This document shows positions 44,017-56,500 of a DNA stretch of 64,000 nucleotides, piece by piece. Positions within the stretch are counted from its first letter, which is position 1, and every line of letters starts with the position of its first letter. Origin of the DNA: Hormiphora californensis. Its lineage: Eukaryota > Animalia > Ctenophora. The position numbers and the translations under genes are program-made. The stretch covers positions 4,588,001 through 4,652,000 of the forward strand of contig CM035354.1 in the NCBI GenBank assembly GCA_020137815.1, in the 5' to 3' direction. The notes below the pieces were generated by a model that ran no database searches, had not been told where the DNA came from, and saw only the letters and a program-made list of their open reading frames with translations.

Positions 44017-45286
44017 AACCTTTTGACTCGAGCACAGCTGTGTGCTGCTGGCGTGGTTCTCGAAAGACGTAGAAGTTTCAATATTAAAGTAAAACCGGAA
44101 ACCTAAAAAAAGAAAGTAGTTGGAACGTTTGACAGAATGACAAGGGCGGTCAGTAGTTGTATACAATAAAAAAATGCAATCGGGGAGCAGCCCCTACTTT
44201 GTGTGTGTGTGGGCAGCTTTGCCCTGTATTTCCGGGTTGTATGCTGCAGGCCCTAACTACTACAACACCTACAAGCACCCCCCCTAATTCTACAGTGTCC
44301 TCCCAGTGTCCTGCAGCAGGATGTGTCTGCACACAAGTTTCTCCGTGCGTCACACTTCTATCAGTTTCAAATATCACGAATTCTTTAGGTCCTTCCAGCC
44401 TCTCCCAATAAGGTCTTATTAAATCAAGTATTTGATAAAAATTCTTCCAATGAAATATAAATAGGAAGCGGTGGTTCGATTTCTTTTGAAATTCGATGAG
44501 ACATGCTTGTATTTTGTAAGAAACTAAATGATCATAATAGCGTTGAGTAAAGCCAAATTAGACATGGTTAGTTTAGTTACAATGTCGTAAAAAAGATACT
44601 CTGTTCCTTTGTAGAAACTCGAGACATTGAGACAAAAAGTACTTGGCGGAATTGAGGGGGTGTTTTGTACATTTTGTGATGACGTGGCCGAGTTAGCATG
44701 TGAAGTAAGTCTGATTAGGTTAGTTTGCAGTGTGAGAGAGAGAGAGGGAGAGAGAAGTGCAGGAACTAGACCAGTCATGTTACTGTCAAATCTAGTGAGA
44801 AAATGGGGAGAGACAGTGAGTTTGTGTGTGAGAGAGAGAGAGAGAGCATGGAAGAGAGAGACAACGAGTGTAAAGCCTGTTTGTTCATATGAACATAACA
44901 AACAACTAACTACCGTCCTGCTAGAAAAACAATAGAACAGCTGTTGCTACAGATTGGACCATTGCGGTGTTACTTTATTGTAATAATATTGAGCTTTGAG
45001 ACTTGAGAGGAAACGAATATTAAATATTATAGTGCATAAAAAATAATATATGTTATAATATTATGAATCCGGCATGCCTCAGAATTATCGTGAGAATTTA
45101 CAGAGTGGTGAATTATAATTTCCCCGATAAATTATCTGTGTACGTGTTACTGACAGAGTCCATAATAACTTTGCGGGTGTGGGGTGCTAAAAAGGTGGTA
45201 GAAAGGGTGAAAATGTTAGGTGTGAGTGATGTGTTGTGTATACAAATGTATAGCAAACATATGTGAGCCGTACACGATAATGTTTA

Positions 45287-45339
<53 letters not shown>

Positions 45340-45362
45340 TGTCTCTCTCTCTCTCTCTGTCG

Positions 45363-45450
<88 letters not shown>

Positions 45451-48400
45451 TTTCTCTCTCTCCGATCGAACATGAATATTTCACTGCCTAAATCCTGGGA
45501 TGCCTGTCAAATATCAAGTCATATGATCTGATATCACTGCACATGTCCCAACAATGAGGGTGCTATCTGGAGCCGTGCTGTCCAAAGAGCTGTCCAAAGA
45601 GGGGTCCCGGCCTCCCCAAGTCTGTGATAGGTCCCCTGGTCCCATGTGATTACACCCATCTCCCCCCTGTGTGATAGGCGTACATTGTTTACCCACACTC
45701 AGTCTAGCTTCATGCGTTATAGTGAGAGAACATGCCTTTTCTCACTTACTCTCATTCTTTTTACATTCCTCTCACTACACTCTGACTGCATCTCTCTCCA
45801 GACTCTTCTCCCTCCACTCTCTTCATTTCTCTCTCCAGACTGCATTTCTCTCTCTCTCTGCAGACTGCATTTCTCTCCAGCCTATCACGATTAGTTGCTA
45901 ATTGTTTGTACAGGCAGTGGCAGTAGCGCCTGCTTCGTCGTTTGCTCAAACGCGTGTGAGAAAGAGAAGGAAGAAAAATGAGAAAGAAGGAAAGAGAGAA
46001 AGAATGAGAAGGAAAGTGTTATGAAAGAAGCACAATTAATATCATGACAATTTCCTAGTTTTACCGGGAATCAAACAGACACAGATCAATGTTTGTATTC
46101 CAATTAATTTCACTCTTTGTTTCTTCCCTTTTCACTCATCAACATGACTCTCTTTCATTTTCTCTTGTTTTCATCTCTCCATCTGTTATTACTACAGAGT
46201 AATTACTCTTTTCTCAATCATCACACACACACTTGAGGTTGAATAAGGCAAGGAGAATATTGAACAAAAGAGTTTTCATATAATGTCTTTATGGACTAGG
46301 ATAATGACAAATTACCATTTTCTTTAATCTGTCTCAAAGGCCAAGTCTTATTCCTACTTATCTCCCTCCCTCCCTCCCTCTCTCCCTCCCTCTCTCTCTC
46401 GTGTCGTGTTCTCATATATGCGGATAAATGTACGGCAAATGCCTCCAGCTGCCGGCAGTACGTGCTTTTAGACCTGCTTTCTCAAACTCAGAAAGAAACA
46501 TGGAATACTAGAGTGAGAGAAGGAAGGCATCTCTACAAATTACTTACCCATATAACAGACCGAGTAATAACTGAGTTATGAATGGAGGTGATATTGCCTG
46601 GCAATGTGCCCTAGTTACCCTATCTCTCTCTCCAGAGAAAGGAATGCGTGTTCTAATAGACTACATAGTTATCTTAAGTGATGTTAAGAAAGGAGAGAGA
46701 GGGAGGGGGCACCTTGTGACGTCACGACGCACAATTGCAACACTCTAAACCATTAACACTTTATATAATACAGAGTTTTTATCCCATATTTTACAATATC
46801 ATCCCTTTCAGATTTGTGGAATGGTGTTTTCCTCTGCTCAAACCTATCCCTTTTCCTCCTTCTCCCGTTTTCCTACTTTTTCCTCGAAGCCGAGGGATTT
46901 ACCGGCACAAGGGTAGGTTTTTGTGAACATGTTGTAACGCGCCAGGTTTGAGATGTAACGGGGGTCGCGCGCGCTGTGTCCTGTTCGAATGCGCACAACA
47001 CAACATCTTCCCAGCGAGCCTGCGAGATGCACTTCAGCGAAACTGGATGACTCGTCCAGCAAGCATTACACAATTATTACACGAAGAAGAGACTTCACAA
47101 CACTATTTCCAGGGTATTGTAGCAAGATTAAAAGAGACGTTTGCAGTCCTGGCTCTCCTCAGTCTGGTAGCAATGGGGTGTTCTATTCTGATTTCAAGGC
47201 TCTTCACAGGCGACTCATCTCCCTTGACCCTCACTGCGATTATCGGGTTCATCTTCTCTGGTAATTGAAAATACATAATTTAGTGCTCCCTCTAATTATT
47301 GTTTCTTTCTCTAATTATCATGTTAACTAACTCTCCATCCCCCTAGAGCGGTTGATCACCTCCCCCTGGTTCCTATACAGCTACCTCTACTCCCTAACAT
47401 CCCTAATTGGGGTAGCAGTCCTACTCGTCTGTACCCCTCTCGGACTTGCCCGAATTTTCAGCGTTATTGGTGCTATAGTCATGAAGCCACAGGTTAGAGT
47501 GTGATACACTTATCACTTACTACTTGCTTGACGTTAAATAATGGGATGTGTAATGACAAATTCCTTGAGTTTTTATCCCAATAACTGATTAATAACCAGT
47601 TAACTCTGTTTTCAGTTATCAGCAAGTTTGGAAGAGCAGATAGCAATGTTGGATCTGGAGCGAGACCACCTTGAACGAGGGGTCAGGGTTAACGGGCTGG
47701 CAAGTGAGGTGTTACAAGAGATGGAGGTCAGGTTGGGAGAGATAGATGAGCTAGTGAAGGGGTTAGAGGAACGAAAAGCAATGTCCCCATGGAGACGTAA
47801 CACTCTTTACCCCTGCTGCCTCCTTCTCCTCCTCTTTGTAACGGTGAGTTATTGAGTCGCCTGACGCCTGTGTCCGTGCTCCGGTATGAACACGTGAGCT
47901 AGTATTAGATTTAGAGGTCAAAGGCTACCTTCTACTTTCTAGAAGTTTGAAAAATGTCTGAAAAGTGCTTGTGAAGGGTGGGTTGTATGCTACTTCCTTC
48001 TACCCCCACCCGGTACATTTAATTAGGACTGACATGTTGCACAGAGGCTGAATTAATTAGTAATGCCATACGAAAGCAGTATTTATGCGAAGGACAATTA
48101 ACATGTAAATTAATTCTGGGTGCACTAGAAAATTACCACCACTCCTATTTCTGTCTGTCCAGTAGACTCTAATTAATATTTCACCTAACTACAAACTAAA
48201 CCCACACCCATCAGGGTCTCTCTATCGCTATGGTGGCCCTGAACATCCTCAAATTACTGATCGGATATGGACCTGTACCTGGTATAGATGGGAGTTTTGA
48301 TAAAGAGTTCCTGGATGCCAAATATGCTTCCTTATTGGGCTCCCTGGGGGCCCTAGTGGAGATATGTCTGGTGGGGTACATTCTCATTGCATCTCTTGTT

Positions 48401-49211
48401 GGATTCTACACTACACAGTACTTTAGGTAAGAATACTATACTTGTAACTATCAATTTGAAAAGAAATGATTACTAATCGTAGCTATAACCGTACCAAACA
48501 TCTTATTCCCCGTTCTTTTGTTAGTAGCACCATATATAACCACATATCCCTCCCTCAGATCCCTGATTCCCCGAGTACACAAGACACCAGTTCCCACTAT
48601 CATAGCCAACTGTGCAGTGGTTCTCGTTCTCTCATGTTCCCTTCCTCTTCTCTCAGCTACACTTGGTAAGAGAAACTCTCCCAATCATCTGAAATAAGTA
48701 CTATCTAAAAAGTAAAATATAGGGGAACGTAATTCGTCCGAGAATCTCACTCCTCTCTCTCCCTCTGACTCTGAGTTTCACATCCAAGGTTGATATAATT
48801 CTCTCCCCTCCTAGGTTTGACAAGGTTTGATCTGTTGGGCCATTATCGGACTATAGAGTGGCCCAAGAACGTCCTGGTACTACTGGTGTATAATGTTAGC
48901 TTTGTCGCTCTCACAGCTCTCTGTCTTGCCAAGAAAGTCACAAGTGCTGTCCTTCGAGAGGTAAGTTGTTCAGTCACTTAGTAGTATCATACAATTATCT
49001 AAAGGGCGATTGCGATGAGAAATTCGCTGCCTGATCTTCAAATCAAACCTAGAGTTCATATTATTTTAATCCGTGACTTTGACTAACACGTCACCCATTA
49101 CAGGTCTACAACCAGCTCCAACCTCCTGCCCCCATTCGGCACAAGTTCTTCCTGCACGCCACGGCCATCTGCAGTTTAATTGGAGTTCTGCGGCACCAGA
49201 ACCATACCTGA
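42180..49211 (+). CDS. LMBR1: Limb region 1 (LMBR1/LMBR1L) family membrane protein, ~12 exons
   Basis: Exons approximately 42180-42263, 42407-42500, 42613-42643 (31-nt microexon), 43035-43174, 46812-46912, 47113-47260, 47347-47492, 47616-47842, 48215-48426, 48558-48665, 48815-48960, 49104-49211. Motifs: LCSFTLSVS..LLLPSSILSCEI..YPNSYYIKWING.LI, LWN.VFL.SNL.LF.LLPF.YFFLEAEGF, GIVARLKET, LVCTPLG, GLTRFDLLG.Y. Confidence 0.93.
43646..45460. repeat. Cluster of (CT)n microsatellites in the large LMBR1 intron (~43646-43795, 43953-44013, 45291-45460)
   Basis: Direct observation. Confidence 0.9.
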
Positions 49212-50563
49212 TATATCCCGTCCCTGTTGGTTACAGCCCGGTTAGTGGTTACCATGGTAACCACCCAATGTTGCAATGGTTACTAGAAGAACTGGAACAG
49301 AGAGACACTTGAACCTGTTAATACAATTTCCCAAAAAAACATTTTCAATACCCAGTTTGTGAAACAGAGACAATCCCCGAAAGAGAGGGAGAAGAAGTTT
49401 TTATCCCCCAATTATTTTATTCATTTAAATTATTTGAGGGGAATAACGATGTTTTGAACGTGAGTTAGTACGGTATATCTCAGCGTCGTTTATTTCATAA
49501 AAATATATTTATAAAAACATGTTTTTCCAGAACTCATGTATACCGATAAATCTACATAGATTCCATGTCGACCCCATGCTGTTCAGAAGGTCAAATTCAC
49601 CCGAGTGTGTACCGAGAGTTTTTTAGTAAAGAAGGCTTTGAAATTTCAGCGTGATCTGTTACCAATGTGATTGTATAATGATATATCCCTGAAATCCCTG
49701 TGGCAACTTATCCCTCTTTGTTCTCTGTCCAGAACTCCCCGATTTGAACCCTCACCATATACGCTCTGTGTGCCACAGGGGTTTCAAGTTTTCTCTCTTT
49801 ACCGAATTCACACCAACTAAATATCTGTGTTTGAATTGTATCGGAATTGGAAAGGCGCTGTCTGGCGCCGCGACCCCATCTGAGCGCCCGCCCAATAGGG
49901 GTATGGCGCCGCTATACAGGAAAGGCGGTGTAGTTCAACTTCATACAGTACTGCTGCAGGCTCTGGCTGCTATGTATCAGAAGGTGATTTGGCATTGTAC
50001 CATGGCATTTTCTACGTGACACGTGTCAACTTTACTGGCCGGCCAATCAACTTGATTTGATTTCAAGACATGTGCGTGAGGGTGCCATTCGAAGGGGCAG
50101 TTGGAGGACAGTAGTTGTAGTTCAAGTTTGGGTGTAGCGAAGTAAATCTTGGCCCTAGATCAACCCCTGAACCATTTACCGATCAGTCATGATCATGACA
50201 CCGTGCTTGGCTTTTTCCTTTTTATAACTAAATCACACTCACGGATATAATGGGTTGAGGAAAGTGAATATAAAACAGTGACAATGTCACACACAAACTG
50301 CTTTCTTGTACTTCAAAATAACAATGCACATATTTAGTAACCCACAGCAGCAAAACAATGTATCAGGAGCCCTATTATAAATACACACTCACCCCCTAAC
50401 TATGGTGACAAAACTCTCTCTGTGTGTGGTTGCCATGGTTACATGCCACGTGCTGACAACAAAGGAGTTGTTCCTAATTGGGTCCTAATCTGAAAAAAGC
50501 TACACAACTGGCAAAACTCTATTAGTGAGTCCTAATATCATTCAATCTGAGTTTATAGAGTCT

Positions 50564-53500
50564 CTAATCAACGTTGACCACCCTACTCGCTTTTCTTTGT
50601 GAGCCCCGGACGGATCCAGATCGAGGTCTCACTAAAGGACCAGCCTGGGATAGTCGGGGTACTACAGCTGGTGGTAGGTCATCTCCATCTACATTTACTA
50701 TCTGTGAAGCGTTAAACCTCTTGTCTGTTCGTGGTTTCTGAGAGGGAGATACAGGGTGTTAGGATGTTGGGTGGGTCGGAGATAGACTTGGAGAGAGTGT
50801 TACACACTGTAGTAGCAAAACATAGCTATAGATTGCGAATCTCTTTCACCCCCTCTCTAATAAACCTCTTCTTCGCTCTATCAATTTCTCCTTCTCTCTA
50901 AATATATGGCAGTCACAGATATATAGTACACGCAGCACACAATGACGAAACACGGCGGAAAGTAGAAGAAGAAGCGGTTAAAAACGGTTAAAATGGCGCC
51001 GGCAGCTGGCTAGAGAAGTGTGTATTCAAATGAGAGAAATGATGCAAGTGATTGTAGATTCTACGGTGTAGTACCAGAGTATGACCCATGACAAATGCCT
51101 TTGAATGAATTATGAATACATTGTTCGCTTGTGAAAACTAGGATACCCCCAGTGCAAAGATTGTGCTAATTTGCGAATTTAGTTAGCAGCAAAAAATTAG
51201 TAAATAAACACCTAAAAGTAGCAAAAATTCGCTGTACAGCAAAAACTAGACATCGTGGAGTGAAATAGATACGTGCATCGTGTTCAGCGTCGAAAAATAG
51301 GTCGGGGTACGAAATTTGGTATCTCTACCTCATCTCAGTCGCGAAATTCGTATTTTGCTAATGCTGCCTAATCTAGCAGCAGCAGAAGAGGCAGCAGATG
51401 AAGTGTAGCTATGACAACCATGCTGCCATGCCGCGCGCACATATAAGAACGGATTAAATTCGATCCTTGCATCAGCCTCAGTGGTCGAGTGGTTAAGGCG
51501 ATTGACCATGAAACCAGAAGCGAGCACCTGTGTGGGTTCAAATCCCGATAAATCTTATTTTTTTAAAACATTTTCATCGTTTATGCAAAATAATTTAAAC
51601 ATTTTTTCTCTAATGCTGACCTCAAAAACATAGTTGTTAAACACAATTAATGTTATTGAGGTGACCTTCAAAATTTGGTGGGAGCAAATTTTCGATAAAA
51701 TTTTTAGATTCGCAGCATTTTTTAAGATCTTTGCACTGGGAGGATACCGATAATATAACCCTTGTCTATTCGCCTCAAGAACGCCTCATAGGCTTAAATG
51801 GGTCATGGAAAATGGAAATACTGGGGAAGTGAATGCCATCTCGCTTACATGATAGATATTGAACATGAAATGATATGTCTACTTGACTAGCTGCAGGAGT
51901 AAATCTATCTCAACTAGAGAGATTGAATATAGCAGGGGGAGACAGCACATAAAAGAAGTATAGTGAGCGCTGCTGCTGCGTTATGTTCACCAGTGGATGG
52001 TTCCGCACCACAAACGGTGACAGGAGGCTGTCTACAGACTTGTCAGAAGCCCGCCGGATACCCTAAATTAAATAGAGGAATATAGAAGAGAGGAGGTTCC
52101 AATCAATTCATGGGTATTTCATGTGAACACAGGCACAGGCACATACCACAATATGTTCTCACACTCTTTACACACACACTGAAACAGTTCTCTCCGGGAA
52201 GACTCCCAGCACGTGTTTTTGGGTAGCCCCTTACTCAACAAAACACAATCCCAGCTCAGTAATATTGTTACCTGAACGAATGCCTCTCCGTCCTGGATCA
52301 TCTTGCCCATACCCGCCGTACCAGCGAAGGCATATCCCCTGGTACTGGTGTGGGCACTTGAAGGCCGGAGATGTCTCTTACTGAGCTGGTTACGGGTCTC
52401 CATCAGATTCGCTCCTGGGTAGAGGGGGATGTTGTTGGAATTTGACGTTTTAATTGTTTTCTTGGGAAGGGGAGTCTCCCAGGATTCAGGTTAAGGGTAC
52501 ACCTGGCGTTTTTCATCATCGAGTGCCCAACCAAATGACTTCACCAGGGTTTAGGCCATACAAAATGGACCTCAAATATGCAATTTTAGCCCTAAAGTCG
52601 AATTCATATTTTTGCTACAGCCTATTTTCAAAGTGGCGTTTTTTCAATTTTTGTTGAAATTTTTAATCTCAGGACCACTTTTTTTGAGATAGAAACATTA
52701 AATTATTGGAATTTGAAGAGAATATAAAGGTGAATAAGCCCAAAGAAGGATTTTTGAAATGGAGCTTATTTCTGGCCATGAGAACGGTTTACTTTTTTGC
52801 TTCTTTGACACGCTGGCTGAGAATGTTCCCATGCTTCATTAGAGATGAAAATCTGGAAATAGTTGCTCAAAACGATTATCTATGTGGCCCAAAAATTTTG
52901 GAACTTTCCCGCCAAAGATGTGGTGTACAGAGCTTTTTTTGTGAAACCTGTCTTTTTGAAAAAGAGGGAAATTCCCTATATCTCAAAAATGGATGATCGT
53001 GGAGACCTGGGACCAAGCTTAATCGATTCAGAAGGTCCGATTTTGGGGGGGTCTTCTGAGAGACATTTTGCTCCTACTCCAACCGTTTTTGCTGTAATTG
53101 CGAAAAAGGTATCAGCAAGTAAGGGGGAAATCAGCCCGTAGCAGGCTACTGGAATAGAGTTGTTTCCCCTTTTCATAGAATTGGTTTTTTGCAATTACAG
53201 CAAAATCGGTTGGAGTAGGAGCAAAATGTCTCTCAGAAGACCCCCCCCAAAATCGGACCTTCTAAATCGATTAAGCTTGGTCCCAGGTCTCCACGATCAT
53301 CCGTTTTTGAGATATAGGGAATTTCCCTCTTTTTCAAAAAGACAGGTTTCACAAAAAAAGCTCTGTACACCACATCTTTGGCGGGAAAGTTCCAAAATTT
53401 TTGGGCCACATAGATAATCGTTTTGAGCAACTATTTCTAGATTTTCATCTCTAATGAAGCATGGGAACATTCTCAGCCAGCGTGTCAAAGAAGCAAAAAA

Positions 53501-56500
53501 GTAAACCGTTCTCATGGCCAGAAATAAGCTCCATTTCAAAAATCCTTCTTTGGGCTTATTCACCTTTATATTCTCTTCAAATTCCAATAATTTAATGTTT
53601 CTATCTCAAAAAAAGTGGTCCTGAGATTAAAAATTTCAACAAAAATTGAAAAAACGCCACTTTGAAAATAGGCTGTAGCAAAAATATGAATTCGACTTTA
53701 GGGCTAAAATTGCATATTTGAGGTCCATTTTGTATGGCCTAAACCCTGGTGAAGTCATTTGGTTGGGCACTCGATGATGAAAAACGCCAGGTGTACCCTT
53801 AAACTGGGGTAAAGCGGGTCATGTGGTATACAAAAGGGCGAGGGCATAGAACAGGCACTACTACAGAATTGAAATAGGGTAGCGTTTGCTTGGGGGATAG
53901 CCTGCCAACTCTCCTCCACTTACCCTTGTGTCGGAATGGTGCTTGTGGAAGATGGTCAGCTATCTCCTTGAGTGGTCTTGTGAGGGTATTCGTTAGGGTC
54001 GTTAACCTTGTCTCCTTATCCTTCTCAATGTTATACTGGAATGGGGGAATTATGGGAGTTATACTGGAGAGAAATGGGGAGAAGAATTGGAGAGAGAAAT
54101 ATGGAGTTTAAAGGAAGGAGAATGGTAGTTGATTGGTATAGTTCCTGACGCTCAATTCTTCATAGACCAAGAAATATATTCACACTAAGAAGAATTATCA
54201 GATAATAACAGGTATGTGCATGTATACTTTGTGTAAGATAAAATGGTCGTCTACGTATTGGTAAACACTGCTGAAAAACCGCATGTCTCTCCGAAGTTGT
54301 TGTAGCAGGAACACAAAAAAGAAGAGTCGAGAAAAGTAGAGAAGGAAGCAACCTGGAGTTACTACTGCTTGCAACGAAATCGAATTATCCCCGTCATGCG
54401 GCCAAAGAGTAGACAGAGCGGAGAAAAATAGTGAGAAGAAGGGAGAAGAGAGTAGACAGAGCGGAGAAATATAGTGAGAAGAAGAGAGAAGGAGAGAGGG
54501 AGGTAGAAAAGATAGAGAAAGTACGTATGAAGAAGCAACTTTTGGTAGAAAGGTATTCGCCCACAACACTTTTTTTGGGTTGCCTAGAGTAGCCTATTTG
54601 TAGGACAATACTCAGCTACATAGTGGGGCATACCATACGTCCATACCCAGTAGAACTGAACCATATCAAGAGCAGCTCAGTCTATAGGGGGATTCCATCC
54701 CTCTATGTGCTATAACCATTCCCACCCCCATACTAAGACTAAAAAAGACTGTTCTCTCCAAACCGGACCGATTCCCACCCCCCACTTACCATGACCTCCT
54801 GTAGAAGGGTAGGCTGGGTCAGGATAACGTAGAGTCTGTACCCGATGGCAGGGAAGATGCAGATAACAAGAGTTAGGAACATAATCAACCACCACGTTCT
54901 CGTCTCTACCACTCTGTACAACTGGAGGGAGGGGAGGGTGAGTAACTAGAGGGAGAGGACTCCCTCACTTACCTTTTTATCAAATAGCTTGGAAAACATT
55001 ACACTGAACTCCCTACAATTCTAAACACCACCCCGGCCAGTATTAATGAATATAAGGGCTTGGTGAAAATAAAAGTAGAACAACCCACAACCCATAATTA
55101 TAGAACTCACCGAGTCGAAGTAGAAGAAAGTCTCAGGGCTGAAGGTGTAAGCGAATGGTGAACAGAAGATAAGGAAGAGAAGGAACCACATACAAATGGA
55201 TCCCCAGGTTAAAATGTGGTTATACACCGTCCATAGTGTCGTCTCCAGAGCAACCTGAAAAAAGGGGGCGGTATATAGTATGACTGATAGTAGGTAAACA
55301 AGTCAGGGCTCTCGTAACTTGGCCGGAAATTACAGAAGAGAGATATGTGAAAAGCATAACAATATCAATTATCAAAACATGTACCTGGAAGTTAACCACG
55401 ATGGTGATGATTCCTGCGATGGCTGTCCCTATAAAGTACATACTCTGCTGATCCATGCCAGTGTAGCTAATGGACTCTGCAAACATCTGGTAAGGGATGA
55501 AGAGACACGCTGCAGCCACTACAAATCCGTGGAACCCGGCCAGAGCAAAGGCTTGTTGGTTGAACAACTGGTTCAACTGGCCAACCTGAGAAGAGGGGGA
55601 GGTGTGTGACTAGATTAAACTAATTGAGTGATACAGGGTTTAATGGTTTTACATCAGCAGGTAACCTGCAACCTATATCACCACATATTCCCCGGGGGGG
55701 TTGTTACATACCTCGTACACCTCAGGAGGAGCATTCTCCACCGCTAGTTCCTGATCGAGTACCCCCACCAGCATGACTGGCATGGAAGTGAACACGACAT
55801 TGTAGAGGGTGATGTAGATGGGATCCAGGATAGTCTGGGCACTAAACCCACAGAAGGGAGAGTAGAACAACTGGACGAGGGTGAAGGCAAAGTTCTTGAA
55901 AAAGAAGTAGGAGAGGAACTTGCACATCCTGATGTAACTCCAATGTCCGTGAACTAGGAGGAGCCGTTCCAGGAAGCGGAATTGTGCAAAACAGAAGTCA
56001 CTAGCTAGAACTGCCTGTCTGCCCTCTTTACCACTGATACCTACTCCTATGTGGGCCTCTGGGAAAAAGGAAGGTTTAGTATTTTTTTATCATTCTTCTT
56101 TGTTTGTGATGAAAAGCTCTCCAGCCTCTTTCACAACACAAACTTTCACAGCTCAATAAAACAGAGAAAGTATGAACAATTCAAGATGAAACAGAGCAAT
56201 AGGGATACATACCTCTAATCATGCTAACATCGTTAGCTCCATCTCCAATAGCGAGAGTGATATTGTTCTGATCATCAGACCCCGCTGGCAGGTAGTTCTT
56301 AACTAACCGTACTACTAGCGCCTAGTGTGGGGAGGAGGGTTGTAACTTGTAGTTACAAGCGCCTAGTGGGGAGGAGGGGTGTAAAGGTCCCCCCAAACTA
56401 CTATGTCCCTTGCTGCGCGCGACCGGATTTTAGACGGCCATAGCTCCTCCCCCTGATAAGATAGAGGCTTGAAATTTGTTTTGTAGGGAGATCATATCGA

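Noticed and set aside
51475-51550. Functional tRNA-Ser gene
   Set aside because: The acceptor and anticodon stems do not pair, and it lies inside a TIR element.
52706-53587. Mirror-image 96-aa ORFs as a transposase
   Set aside because: They lie in the inverted arms of a MITE and have no DDE or DNA-binding motifs.
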